From Pocillopora damicornis (taxonomy: Eukaryota): a stretch of DNA of 63,843 bases. The stretch is from assembly GCF_003704095.1 (NCBI RefSeq), contig NW_020846678.1:186158-250000 (forward strand), written 5' to 3'. A program made the position numbers and the translations under genes. The notes under the pieces were generated by a model. The model made no database searches. It was given only the letters and a program-made list of their open reading frames with translations, and was not told the DNA's origin. Below, piece by piece: positions 27,801-42,800 of this stretch. Position 1 is the stretch's first letter, and each line of letters begins with the position of its first letter.

Positions 27801-30800
27801 ACATTTATCTCATAAAGCATCTGAAAACTAACGAAAAAATAAATAACGAAGAAAACAGCCAGAAGCGCGGGAAAACGCAGGTAACTAGATTGTTATGGGT
27901 TTTAGCTTTGCATGTCGCTGATTGAGATGCTGGGGCGAGTTTTCTGAGCCAATCACAGAGCAAATCAAGACAAATCAAATGAAAGTTTTGAATACTTCCG
28001 ACTCTTCTTGAAAATGGCTCTATAAATTAATTAACTGCTGGGTTTAGTTAACCGCCTTTTCATATAACCTTACTTCTCTTGGACAGATGATGTTATAATC
28101 ACAGTCTGGGCCTTTAAGTTTTATCATTAGTCACTAAACATTATTCTGGTTACTTCCTGCAATTTGAAATTTCTCCATTTTGCTCTTGGGCTTGAAACTA
28201 AAATAATTGAATGAACTTGTTTTTGGGAGAGGTTTTATTGGACTGCTTAAACAGCTTCGTCACGGCAACTCTGGCAGCTATTATGATACACTTACTCGTC
28301 GGCGTTGGTACGGTCGCTGCAAAAGAAAAATAATTTACAATAAGCTGACTAATCATGACGGATAATCATAAATACACAAAACTTCAAACAAAAACAGCCA
28401 ACACGAAGATACAAAAAGCCGAATGAAGAGAGACAAGATATTATCCCCCTTATTCTCTGAAGTAAGTTTCGTTCTCAAGGAGTTACGTGTTCCACGCTAT
28501 TCATCCCTTACGACCAGGATTGAAATTCAATTGGATAAATTTCCGTATCTCTCGAAGTTTTCATAATTTGCGTCGATTTATTTTAATCTTCTATATTTCT
28601 TAGATGACTTTTTCAATGTTCCCTAGAAAATTTTCTTTCTCTTTAATTTGTAATATCCATTGTCTGCGTAGTTCAGTCGTGAACATATAAGTTATGCATG
28701 ACAGAAAAACTTGACTTCACTCACTGTGGAAACTCGCATCGAAGATACCATCGGCTTAAGTTTCAATAACTTAATAAATATTAGACGAGTACTACACGAT
28801 GATAAACTCACGTCTAGGCGTTGGTCGTGTAGGGCGACACACTTTCTCTTTGATGGCCTGAATAACTTTTCCAAGCCGACTAAATCCAGCCGCAAAAACA
28901 TTACGAGGGCTTGATGCAATCATCTGTAGCTGACTTCTGCTGAATCGCGAGCCGATTCCAAGGGCGAATAGCTCCACTCCCTCTCGCTTAAGGCGTGAGG
29001 CAGGTCCTCGAACACCATCCGAGGAAACACCATCAGATAAGATAAGCAGGGTGCGTTTACGCCCTTGTATGGCGCGCCTTCGGAACAGCACACGGCGGAC
29101 ATATCTGAGAGCTCGTCCAATAAAACTTCCCCGTCCTCTCGGCAGATATCTGGCAAGAATAACAGAAATGTAAATCGCAGCATTTATATTTCCGCCAGGA
29201 AACGTTACGTTTTTATTGGCTGGAGGAAAACGAGTTTAGGGCGCGGAACAAAGTTTCGTCCAGTCGAAATACGAAAAAATAGGCAACATGACACCAGTCC
29301 TAGACAAACCTTATACGGTTGATGGCTCTGACAATATGCGCTCTTGAACCATATCTGTTGAATCCAAACATGAGTCTCGGTCGAGAGGAGAACAGCATCA
29401 CACCTACTCGTGTTTGTCGCGTGGACAGAGGGAAGAAGCTGACCAAAGATCTCACGAAGTCAATGACTTTTCTGAAGTTCCTTCGCCCGACGCTGCTGGA
29501 ACCATCGACAAGAATACCAAGATCCACACGAGATCTGCAAACTAACATAGAAAATGATTAATTTGTAGTTTCACCTGTAACTGATTGCCCCATAACACTC
29601 TGAAATATAAAACCCCCTCGCTGGTAGCTAAAGGGCATTAATTTTCTCTAGCCCTTTCTTTGTGCTTTGTTGGCGACGACTGATCCCAATCCATACCGCC
29701 TGAAAACCAAGTGATCCAACCGAAAAACCACCGAAACCCCTAAAAAGTCTCCTGATGGAGTTTGAAAAATAAGAATTAAAGTTTCATGTTTAGGAAACAG
29801 GCAGTTCAAGGGGAATGGAGTCGCCCTCCGCACTAAACTCTTTTGTTACAACTCCATAGTAGACTAATACACATTAATTTTCATGGTTGCTTAAAGTAAT
29901 TACGCTCCTGCTATCAGAAACAATAATGCGCAGTTATGCGATATTCATAAACAACCATGATTCACTGAGCAAATTAAGATAGATTTTCCAAAAGGTTTTT
30001 AAAAAATTATGCTATGGAGAAGATCTAAAAATGTAAAAATATGTGACGGATACCTGGACTTGGAGTGGCCGGGGGTTGTGGAACTAGAATGAAAAAGAGA
30101 AATTCAGAGTTACATAAGTAAAATAATGAAATACACTTGTAAGAAAAGAAGTTGGAATAATTCAATAAAATGTACCAAATCTCTTAATTGCTGGTAACAC
30201 TTACTTGGTCGAAAGCATTTCTTTTTTAAGGCGATGATCTGAGGTCGCGTGAGTGCCACGTTGAACAGTTGCAGACACGCGATTCGTCCACGAAACACAT
30301 GACGAGAGTGAGGCTTACGACCGATCATTATGGGATAATTGGTGGCCAGCCCACTTGGGAATCGGCCAACATTTCTTTGAACAATCGGGTAGCCGTTACA
30401 CCAGAGAGTCGCCAAACCGGTGCGGTGGTTGTAACTAGCTGCAACGTAGTTCCATGTCCTGGGTTTGAGCCCGCGACCAATCAAAGCTTTCACTCTGCGG
30501 CCCGTCCTACTCCTTGGAATAAGCCGAAAGTAGAGTTGAGTGAGACGGGTTGCCCACAGATGGACTCCCCATCCTTTGGGATTGAAATGAATCAAAGGTC
30601 CTGGAGATTCAGGATACACCCAGAGTATCATCGTCAGCGAGTACCGTGTGTCAAGGCAACCATTGTTCGGGAGAACGGCATAGCTTACTCTCGTTCTTCC
30701 CCTAATTCGAGTTCTTCCTGGGAAGTAGTAAGCTCCCTTCGGGTGTCCGTCAGGTCCCTGGATGTAGGAAACACCTACAAGTCGTGCGGGAGGGTTCTTG

Positions 30801-33800
30801 TATTGACTGATGTCACCGCCTCGTACTGCACTTGTGAAGGGATACGTGGCTACAGCTCCTCTAGAAATGATGACTAGAAGAAAAGTGAAATGAATTAATA
30901 TATCTACGCTTAATTGCTATTGATTGATTTTCTCTCGTTCTATCCCAACTCTGCAAAGTGGTGTCATTCCAATGCTTCAATATTGACAAGTTAAATTGAA
31001 CACTATGACTTCAATTTTTCCATTCTATTTGAAGGTTGAAGACAGTCGATGTCTGTCTGTCTGTCTGTCTGTCTATCGGTCGGCCTGCCGGTTGGTTGGT
31101 CGGTCAGTAAGCCAGTCAGTCAGTTAGCAAATAGAGTACTAGGACGAAAAGGTCTCAATTGTAACTCCAAAATTATGTAGTCTTACCTGGGGAGTGGCAC
31201 ATCCTGTCCTTGATGGTTCTCACGATAGTCAATAAGCTCTGTGCATTCTTAACAAACACGTGGAACCGGTCTGTAGCGATTTTCCTCAAGTATCGCACAC
31301 TAACCCGACCAAGGCCGACTGTGTACACTTCAATACCGGCAGCGTGCAAGATTCTTGCCGGACGCACCACATTGTCACGTGTTTCACGAGCAGTTACCAG
31401 TACGAGTACTCTTCTCCTGCCGCATGTGGGTTTGCCTCGGAACATATGTCTCTTAACATACATCAGGGCTCGAGCTGTATTTCTTCGCCTTCCACGCAAC
31501 AAACTCAACTTTTTAAGCTCTCGGTACACTTGCGCTCTACTGTACGATTTGCCAAAGCGGAAAACCAGCCGCTGGCTTGAAGCGAAAAGGGTTAGAGCTA
31601 CTCTAGTTTGCGATCTCTGGACATCAAATCGCCTGACCATTTCCTTTACGTATTCGATAATGCGCCGGAAAGTGACGGATCCAGTTCGGCGAGAGCCATC
31701 GATAAGGAATCCCAGGTCGATGCGGGCTTTGCAAACTTAAAATCAAAACAAAATATGTGTAAAATGTCAGTTTACTTTGAGCACGGTTGGAACAACTGTA
31801 GCACATCTCGTGACGAACTTAGTAACGAAGGAACTTTTTAAGTCAACCTATTAAAAGCGTTTTCTGGAACCACTGAAATCAATGTAATCCATATCAATCA
31901 TTATACCGAGATAAGAACAAATTGATAAATAAATGAACAGATAAAACACATTAGGAAAAAAAGCAAAAGTATGAGGAACGAAGGATCTTTCAGAGCACGA
32001 CACCTTAACGCAGAACTACAGGGATACTCCATGATTTTTCTCTGAGGTGAAAGAGTCTTGGTAACAATTTGTTACTTAAATCATTTTGCAATTCCAAAGA
32101 GAAACCTGAGCGTTTGAGCACAAAGTCTTCGAATGAGAGTTAAGAACGGAATCATTTGTTTTGCTTAAAAAAAAAAACATTTTCATTTACCTCTCGGAGG
32201 CGGAGTTGTTGGTTTGGTGACCGGCGTCGTTGGCTTAGGAACTTGAAATAAAATTAATACACAATTTTATGTAAATATAATTTGTTTTAATACCTTAAGA
32301 TCTACAATGACTAGTAGTCGGGCGTAGGCGGTGCTTTCTTTAACCTAACATAGATTCGGCCAACTGGTTGGTTTCCAGTAAAGCTTGCATCGAGAGAAGA
32401 AAATATTAGCGAAGCGACTTCAAAGTTTCAAACGCAAAAAGCGGAAGGCTACCGACACTGTCAAAAAGTTGGTTGGCAAACAATGCAATAGTAGACTTCT
32501 TCTTCCGCAGTTCAATTGAAACAACTCCCAGCCTAAGAGGAGAGGACTCAAAATCAGACCTGAGAATGCAGTTCATCAACATTACCTGGCAAAAAGCACT
32601 TCCTTTTAGCTTCAAAGATCTGTTTTCTTGTCAACGCGACGCTGTAAAGCTGTAAGCAGAAGATCCTTCCTTTGAAATAGTTGCGACTTCTCCTGATGGC
32701 TCCCAGTCTGATAGGATAGTTTGTGGAGAGACGCACTCTACCCAAACGCCGTCTTGCTACCGGCTGAGAATTCAACCACAGCGTAGCAATACCAGATCGT
32801 TCGTCATAAGTAGCACCAACATAATTCCAAGCTCGGTACTTTAACCGATTGCTTCTCAAGGGGCGAGTTGTGCGTCCGTCGCGGCGCATAAAACGAAGAA
32901 ATAGCTGCCGATAACTCGTCATCCACAGATGAACGCCGTAGCCATTCGGATTGTAGTTTACAATTGGTCCCTTGCGGCCATTATGGTACACCCAGATTAA
33001 GAAAGTTATGGAATACCTCGCGTCCAGTTTCCCACGGTTGGGGATTTCCACGTAGCTGTTAGGTCTTCCGTAAAATTCCGTAGAGCCGTCCGTACGACCA
33101 TCAGGGCCTTGTCCATATTTCACACCGACAATTCGTGCGCTCGGATTTCTTCCTCGACTGATTTCTCGACCTGCTCGCACACGATCGAATGGGTAAACAG
33201 CCATAGTACTTGGGAGACGAACTGAAGTTAAGATGAACACCTTTCAGAAACACTAATTTCGTGTATAGTTGAAGAGAGGTAAACGAATCGAAATCTTTCT
33301 TTGAAAAGATCGAATTGAAATTTCGAGAGAATTTAAAAGTAAAAACAAAACTTAAAGTAATTTTCATTTCTTCATATAACCTCAAATGATATACGGCATT
33401 TAAATCGAGCAACAGCTGACCTACCTCTTGGGGGTGTTGGTACTGCAAAAAAGCAAAGGAAGGGAAAATCAGATAACATGAGAAGTAAATATATTTTAAA
33501 TTAAGTAAGGTTCAATTATCACCTTATCTTTTACGTTGTATGGACACAGGATTAATTTCAAAGATGGAATAACTTGAATTTTAGTGTGCAAGCAGGCTAA
33601 GAAATTGAATTGGATATACACTTTTTTCAATTGAAAATATTGGTCTTTACAAGAGCAATGCTTACTTGGAGTGGGCACTGGCTTCTGGCAGGCTTTGCTT
33701 TTAATCTTCTGTATAACTTTCCCGAGCGATCTAAAGGACGCCGTAAATATATGATTGTTATCGGTAGCAATCTGCCGTAACTGAGATATTCTATATCCTC

Positions 33801-36800
33801 GTCCGATGCCAAGAACGAAGATCTCACATCCTGCAACACGAAGACGACGCGCCGGTCCACTTACACGGTCCTGGGAGATGCCATCGGTAAGCACGACTGT
33901 CACCCTCTTTCTATTAGACGCTGGTCTTCCTGGGTACAAATACCGTCGGGCAAATGACAAAGCTTTTCCAATGTAGGTACCTCCTCGGGGATACCTTAGG
34001 TTCTCTATAGCTCTCAAGATGGCCGCCTTCGTATAGTATTTATTAAACCTGAAGATAGGTATAGCTCGGCGAGTGTAGAGGATCACACCAACATGAGTAT
34101 CTCGGCGAGAGATTGGAAAGAAGCTCACAAAAGACTTGATAAAGTTTAACATACGGGCAAAGTTTCCTCGGCCGTAACGTTCAATACTGGAGGAACCGTC
34201 GATAAGGAAGCCCAGATCAATAGGTACGGCACAAACTAAAGAACGAAAAAAGAAGATAAATTAGGGGCAACTAAAAACAGGCAGATACCAGAGAGACTGT
34301 CTAATTGTTATGTTAAAGTTTTCTCACTATTTTGATTGATGGAGTCCATTGAAAGGCGCCCGAAATGAACTGTTCATTATGTGTTTTGATAAACCCGATC
34401 TTTCTGGGTGGACGAACGGTTTTAAATACGACACGTGTACACTGATTAAAAATACAAACAGAAAGGTTTTGAAGAGACTCAGACTTAAGTAATATTTTGC
34501 CTCAACATTTCTGGCCAATTGAAAGTATTTGAAATTCCATCACAATAAAAGGCTTTAAAATTCAGCAAATCAGAAGCTCTTTCAAGATTTTACCTGGCAA
34601 AACCATAACGGAGAAAAGACGCTTAAAATAGTCAAGTATTACTAAAATTCTAGGTTGGGTACATCTCTGGCCTTTCGGAAAATAACGACAAAGCTGTACA
34701 ACAAACCTGGTCGAGGAGTTGATGGTTTCTGAGTTGGTGCGGTGGGTACAACCACTGGAAAGTTTAAAGAAACATTATATTAATAGAATTCTCAAAAACT
34801 AGTAGACACCTTTACACCTTAAAAAGGTCGCTTGAACGAGAGCTATAGCATTCGGCTGACAAATCATCATTTGACGCTGTTGATTGCTTACGCTCAGGTT
34901 GTTAGGAGGTGAATCACGATCACTGAAGGGAGCTTTTTTATAAACTACTCTCATCTGCAGGATTACACCATATTATCGACAATTGTTTTTACACCAATTC
35001 GGTTCAAAGTATTTACTAAACATCAATGTCTACCAAGACACCTCGTGCGATATGACTTATGGCGACAACAAACCGTCGCCGTGGAAATCGTTTCCAAATA
35101 CTCGAGTTCAACAGTATTCCACGATCATAGATAATCATTTTCGAGGTAACTTCACAGCTGAGTTCAAAGACTCTTGTACAAAAGGTGACGTGATAGATGG
35201 TTCATGTTTATCATTGCGCTTTTGAACGCAATTAGACTGTAATTTCTTCTCCTACCTGGTCTAAAGCACTGCTTTCTCCTAGCGATAATCTGTGCTCTCG
35301 TCATAGCCACATTATAAATTTGCAAACACGCAATACGTCCACGAAATATGCGACGATCTCCAGGCCGCTGACCAATGACTATGGGGTAGTTCGTGGCTAC
35401 GCCCAAAGGAAACTTTCCGATATTCCTCTGAGACACAGGAAGCCCATTCAGCCAAAGCGTTAAAAGTCCTGTGCGGTGGTCATAAGTAGCACTGATATAG
35501 TTCCAACTGTAAGGCTTCAAGCTCTGGGTGGTCAGTGGTTTAACATTATGCCGCGAGCCCTTTCTAGGCATTAAGCGTAAGTAGAGCTCGTTTGGATGAG
35601 TGAGCCACAAGTGAAGGCCCCATCCCTTCGGATTGTAGTGCACAATGGGACCGGGCTTCTCCGGGTAAATCCAGGCAATTATCGTAATAGAGTAACGAGT
35701 GTCCAGACATCCGTTGTTTGGGATCAGAGCATAGCTGCCTCTTAATCGTCCTCTTTGTCTTCGCATCCCTGGGAAAAATAAAGCTCCCTGCGGATGTCCA
35801 TCTGGGCCTTGAATGAATGAAACGCCAACAAGCTGTGCTGTTGGATTCCTGAACCTACTGACGTCACGTCCGCCAGAGGTGCTTGTAAATGGATAGAAAC
35901 CGACTGCACCACCGGAAACAATAACTAAAAAATTGAAAAAAAAAAAAAAGCGTTGTTAAAGGCGAAACTCACGGGGCGACAACGTGTTAGGAACAAGTCG
36001 TAAAGACAAACAGTTTCGAATAATTTAGGACATTTTTAGACAAAATTTCTGTCCCCGAAAAATAAATTTGTCTCCGTCACAGATTGCAAATATTCAAAAT
36101 CTGCACGATGATATGCGCGGCGATAAAAGAAGTAGCACTGACTTTTATTAGGAATAGTGTCCATGAGAGAGAACTGTGGAACGAGTTTTTACCGTGTGTT
36201 TCCCAGCATTATACTATTTATGAATTATTTTCGACGGCCATATTTCTGCCACACATATCTCTTGAATTTTCTATTCGCAGACACTCGATGAAACGCAGTG
36301 GAGCAGAGAATGTGCAATGCATGACATAACGAAAAACCGATTCTCACTGCTGAGACAAAGTAAAATATTTAGATACCTGCTTTGCTAAGTTTTAAAAATG
36401 CGGAAATTGTTTGACTACCAGAATCCTACTGACCTGTCGAACTGCATATTTTATCTTTGATAATCCTACTTAATGACACCAACTGCCTCGCACCAACTCT
36501 AAAAATATGACTTGAGATTGTGGCAACACGAAGCAACGATTGTCTCCTCACTCTTCCAATACCAACAGCGTATAATTCTACACCCGAGGAAAATAATCCT
36601 CTCGCAGGCCTTGTGACATCATCGCGGGACTCTCCAGTTGCCAGAACAACAAGAACCCTTCTTCGCCCGCAGCGTGGTCTACCTCTAAATAGGTAGCGAG
36701 CTGTGTAAGTCAAGGCTCTTCCAAGGTATCTGCCAGTGCGACCGATGGGTCGGATCTGATCAATCAGTCTGCTTATTTGACTTGGATTGTAATTTCTTCT

Positions 36801-39800
36801 AAATCCCAAGAGGAGCCTAACTCTAGAGGTGTACAGTACAATGCCAATTCTAGCTTTCAGCCTGGAAACTTCAAATAACCTGACTGTGTCCTTTAAGAAT
36901 CTCAGGATGACACGGGAGCTGTACCTGACGCGAGACGCATCCACCAGGAAGCCGAGATCGATACGCTGCCTGCAAACTAACAGAGAAATAATAGAAGCTT
37001 AGGGAAAAGCATTTGCAAATCATCTTCAGTTTTCTTAAACTTTGTTAAAATTGTTAAAATAAGCATGATGAATATATTCTATCATGATAGGCCTACCACG
37101 TGGCGCTGGTTTTGGACGAGGACCAGGAGGAGGAGTAGGAGACGGAACTGCAAGAGAAGAGCTATCTGTTAATACCTTCGTGATCATAAAAAAGTTATCT
37201 TTAAGTCCTATGTACATGAGCTGTGTCATAAATTTAAACCTGTGTACCAGCATACATATACAGCTTTCTTATTCAGATTGTCATCAACGAAAGCTCAATG
37301 TACAAACCTTAACCTTTGTTATTTATTATTTAGAAGCATTTAAACAGAACGTGGTCAGCACAAACCTGGTAGAAAGCATCTCTGTTTAGCCGCGAAGATC
37401 TGTTTCTGGCTGAGTGCAGCACTGTATACCTGCGCACAAAAGAGTCGTCCTCGGAAATAGCGCCTGTCACCTTCCCGTGCTCCGAGTCTCACGGGATAAT
37501 TTGTCGACAACTTTATTCGCCCTAAACGTCTAATTCCGACGGGTACTGAGTTGATGTAAAGCGTCGCCACGCCCGTTCTGCCATCGTACTTTGCACCGAC
37601 GTAATTCCACGCCTTGTATTTCATTCTTCCACTTGTGATCGGTGACGTGAATTTCCCTGAGCGTCGCACAAAGCGCGCGAAAAGTTGGCGCCGCCCTGTC
37701 ATCCAGACGTGCACGCCAAAGCCTCGTGGATTGTAATTGAATATGGGTCCTGATATCCCTGCGTGGTACACCCAGATGAGAATAGTTATTGAGTATCTTG
37801 TGTCCAGCTTTCCTGTGTTAGGAATTTCGACGTAGCTGTTCCGTCGTCCATAGAAACGTAAGGATCCATCACGACGGCCGTCCGGACCTTGAGCCGTGCC
37901 TACGCCCATTAGAGTGGCCGAGGGATTTTTAGTTCGGCTGATGTCTTTACCCCGCCTCGGACCGTCCATAGGGTACACGACTACAGAATCTGGAATATAA
38001 ACTGCAAGATAATTGTAACAGAAAATAAATTCCAAAGTCAGAGGAAAATCTTCTCGTCTTAGTATCAAATTTGCTGTGACACGACCTGAGTGACCTCAGT
38101 GTTAGCGGATCGGAATCACTGTAACAAAATTTCAACTGGTAGCAACAATCAAAAGAAGATTATGATATAGCTCGTTTAAGAGCTGGTTTGAAATGATACA
38201 TACTTCTTGTTGGTGTAGGCTTAATTGGCCCTCCTGAAACGGAAGAAAAGATATTTAATACTCCGCCCTGATAAAGCCCTTGTGCCATATCAAGCTAAAC
38301 TTGAATAAGTCTTCCCTTTCCTTCAGCAGCAAGGATTTTTATGAACTTATATCTCTGTTAGCCTGCGAGTACTCTTCTCTTATTTTCTTTACTTCTCGCA
38401 GGAAATTCCTATACATTTTCTGAACTTGTGTCTTTGTTTCTCATCCCAGAGAAATATCAGTACAACATTCATGTACTAACCTGTAGGTTGGACAAGCTGA
38501 CAGATTTTGGACCTTATCATCTTTGATAAAGCAGCCAACCCTCTGAACGATACAACAGAAACATGGTTCCTGTCTGTGGCAATCTGCAACAACTGTCGTC
38601 TCTTCAGCGCTCTTCCGATACCAACGACAAAAACCTCAACGCCTTTAGCCTTCAACAGCGACGCCTGACGCCCGACGCGGTCCTGTGATATACCATCCGT
38701 GAGCATGATCAAGACGCGCTTGCGATTCCGTTGCCTACGTCTGCCAAATAAGAATCTCCTGGTGTAAGCCAAAGCCTTGCCGATGTAAGTCTTTCCACGA
38801 GGGTACCTAATGCTGTCAATAGCCTGTTGCACGTGCGTGATGGTGTTCAGCTGGCCAAATCTGAACAGTGGAAATGGATTGGTGGAGAAGAGCACTGCAC
38901 CCACACGCGACTGTGTTCTTGAGACGGGCAGCGTGACCACAATGGATTTTACGAAGCGAAGCATAAGCCTAAAGTTTCCTCGACCGTGATATTCGATACT
39001 TCCAGAGCCATCAATTAAGAAACCAAGGTCTACAACTGTTCTACAGACTGAGAAAGCAAAGTAACGAGTAAAATAAGTCAGTCCGCCCCTTGGTCAAATC
39101 CTAATTGAAGGTTACGGGTCAAGTAACGGTCACAGTCACCCACCCACTAAGAGAAGGCCGTCCTATTTATTAGTTTTACTGGAGCTTCTTCTGAACGTTC
39201 TACAAGAGCTACAGGAAGTAGTTCTGGTCACAGTTATCTCATTCACTGTTGCTACTGGATGGGGATGAACCATCTAAAATTCCCTGATAAGCTTTTGACT
39301 ACATCATAGATACCAGTCAGGGGTGGAACTTGAGAAGAGAACTTCCTCGAACGAAGCTTAGACACAACAATTATTGGGCCCACTTATTTGTCACTGTCCA
39401 AAGAAAAAGGTCAGAACATTGCCAAAGGACTTTGAAATCTTAAGATAAAAAAAATTCACATTTAGGACTGGCGTTCAGAAAGTAAGGAATCACGTGGATA
39501 GCCAAAAGTAGGCGCAAACGCTCATTCGTCAAATCTAAAAGAAACTTTCAAGGTTGGCCGACATATGACAAATTTCCATAAGAACGGACCATTGCCTGGT
39601 CGAGGAGGTGATCAAGGTATTCAATACCCCTTTTCTATAAGGTTGTTTTGAGGATTTTTGTTTAATTGGATATTATCAGAATTACTTTTGCCGTAGTCGT
39701 TGCCCCCCCCCAAAAAAAGAAAACACACTTTGATAAATCGTACCTGGTGGGGGAGGTGTTGGTGGCGGTTGTCCTGTTGATAGAAAAAGAGAAAGAGTGA

Positions 39801-42800
39801 TTTGATTTAATGGCGAGCTAATGTAAGCTATGAAACATAACTAAATTGCTGTGCAAGAAGTAGTTGGAAACTGCTCTTAAGGTACGATTCAGTTGAACGT
39901 ATCCATTCGTTTGGTACACAAGGTCGTTTCGTGGTTGCGCATCAAAAATGTACGTCACGTAAACAAAACTTATCTAACGCTGGTAATATTGTTTTTGAAC
40001 ATAAGAAAACCTACTTATTTAAAACATACCTGACATGGATAACACATTTTAGTAGAATGGGTACGAAACGAATCGACCGACCGGGTACAAAGGGTCCTAG
40101 CTGGGTATGAATCGACTTGGTACGAAACGACTCTTAGAAGAACAGATATTTTACAATTAATGAAAGTTTAGCCAGGCTTACGTTTGAAACATCTCCTTGC
40201 AGCATTTATGACTTGCTTTCGCGTAAGCGCCACGCTGTAAACCTGAACACAAGATACCCTGCCACGGAAGTACCGACGATCGCCAATTTTTGCACCCATA
40301 CGCACGGGTCGGTTTGTCGCCAGACGAATTTTCCCGATGTTAGACCGAACAACTGGTCGATTATTCACCCACAGTGTGGCCATTCCTGTGTTTCCATCGA
40401 AAGATGCACCAACGAAATTCCACGCTTTGTATCGCACGTTGTTGCCATGGGTTACGAGCGGTGTGGTGAAGCGACCACCCCGTCTGACAAACCGGGCAAA
40501 GAACTGTCGAGGTTTTGTCATCCATAGATGCACGCCCCAACCCGGACCACGATTAAAGTTAAAGATCGGACCAGCATAACCCAAGTGCAAGACCCAGGCC
40601 AACACTGTTATGGAATTCTTTGCGTCTAGCTTTCCAGTATTCGGGAACTCCACGTAGCTGTTTCGATTCCCAAAGAATTCGGTAGCTGTGTTCGGCCACC
40701 CGTCAGGACCTGGCCCTGTTCTCACACCAACAAAGGTACCAGTGGGGTTTCGGTTTCCGCTGACGTCACGTCCTTGGTATTGTTCGTCGAGGGGGTAGAT
40801 GGCAACAATGCGTGGGAGACCTGAGTTGAAGCCAGTGTAAAATAGTAAGTGGACGTACTGATTACAATTTTGCTACTTGGAGACAAATAAGGTCCATATT
40901 TCTGAGGGATAAGGCGATCAAAATCCGGCGCGCACACAGCTGACACTTGAAAACGATCGAAAAGCTGCAAGCACGATACTTAAACTGCGTAACTGAACTA
41001 GACACCGTAACAAACTAGGACATTTTCGTTTTTACATTTGGAGACAAAAATTGCAAATGGTGTATAATCACGTTCTACTGCGAACTACAATGTCCCACCC
41101 ATTTCAAAGGTACTGATTACAATGACACATTTTCCCCTAGAGCGGAGGCACCAAGTTCAAACCCCAAAACCACCAAGTTCAAACTCCCCAGGCTGTTTCT
41201 TTCAAACTTAGAAAACGTAAATATGTAGAAATTATTCGGAACATTTTTTTAACGTACCTGGCGTTGGTTTCGGTGTCACAGGTCCTAAAAAAGAAATGGA
41301 CAATTGTTTAAGGTACAAGATTTTTAAGTAAGTCAGCAGAAGTATGCATGCAAACGGCCCCGACGAAGCGCTGAGTTCTAAATCGGTGTCTTAAGTATCT
41401 ATCTACTTCACACCATTTGAACTGTGTGCAGCAAACTTGGTTGAAAATGTATTCACCGAATATCAGTTGAAGATACGAAAAATGTACCAGAAAAAATTTT
41501 CAGTGCGGATCGAAACAGGCGTAGTGAATTATAAGTTTCCTGCCACTTGTTAAATGATTTGTACTTTTTTGAAGGACTTCACGACGCGAATCGTTTATAC
41601 TAGTGATGTCAGATAAAATATACCAACTTACTTGCGCGGAAGCAAAATCTCTTGAGCCTCCTTATCTGATAAGAGTTAAGTGCAAGATTGTAAATATGAA
41701 GACACGAGATGCGACCTCTGAAATGTCTAGGGTCACCGGGCTTTCGTCCTGAAATAGCTGGGTAATTTGTGGCCAGTCGAATCCTCCCGATATTTCGTTG
41801 AGTGATTGGAATAGCATCCAACCACAAGGTTGCCAAGCCAGTTTTCTGATCGTAAGTAGCAGCAATGTAGTTCCACACTCGGGAACGTATTCTCCTAGAG
41901 ATCTTGAACGATTTTCTCCGGTTGCGAGTCACAAACTCCGCACGGATTACCCTTCGGCTAATCATACGGAGATTGACACCGATACCCCTGGGATAGTAAT
42001 GGAATATCGGTCCAGCACTTTCTGGGTAGAGCCACAGAAGGATGGTGATTGAGTTATGTGTATCCAACCGTCCGGTATTTGGGAAGTAAATAAAGCTGTT
42101 GGCAAATCCTTGCAGTTGGTAAGAACCAGCGGGAAGCCCATCAGGTCCGTTCTTAGAAACGACATTGACAAGTCTTGCAGGCGGGTTTTTAAAGGGGCCT
42201 TTGTCTTTTCCACGTTCTATGCCATTTAATGGGTATACGCCCATAGCCGGGGGTGGCTCTGTTGGAATGAAAACAAACGTAATCGGATTATTAAGCCAAT
42301 AGTATAAATTAAAAGTAATAATGAGTGTGATATTTTTCACAAATCCCATTAGTTTGCCTCTGTCAATGACAATGCCACGTAAAAATCATAATATTAACAA
42401 AGAGGGAATATAGACTCAGTGTGTAAATAGCTGGCTTACCACAGTAAGAAAGATAGAAAACATGGGCAACCTCCCCCCCCATCTGCCAATTACAAGACGT
42501 ACAAACACTGGTCTATTAGGACTAAGTTCCAACTCAAGTAGTGAATTGTTGGAGATATGTAGTTACCAGAGGGAAACTGTCACATAATAACATTTTCTTA
42601 CCAATCTTTGGTGATGGTTTTTTTGTCACATATGGGCCAGGCTCTGCAATCAAAGAAAACATGAAACGTCAGTACAACATTAAATTCTATTGAAACATGA
42701 TGTAGCTACAACGTTACAAACTTCATTCCTCTCTTTCTCTTCTGAAGAGATGCACATTAAAAGAACTGGATTTTTGAGGCTATTCATCGTCTTAGATCAT

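Noticed and set aside
34860-34950. Possible second-family PLE/hammerhead remnant (also ~5600-5640)
   Set aside because: Too degenerate; core boxes not intact
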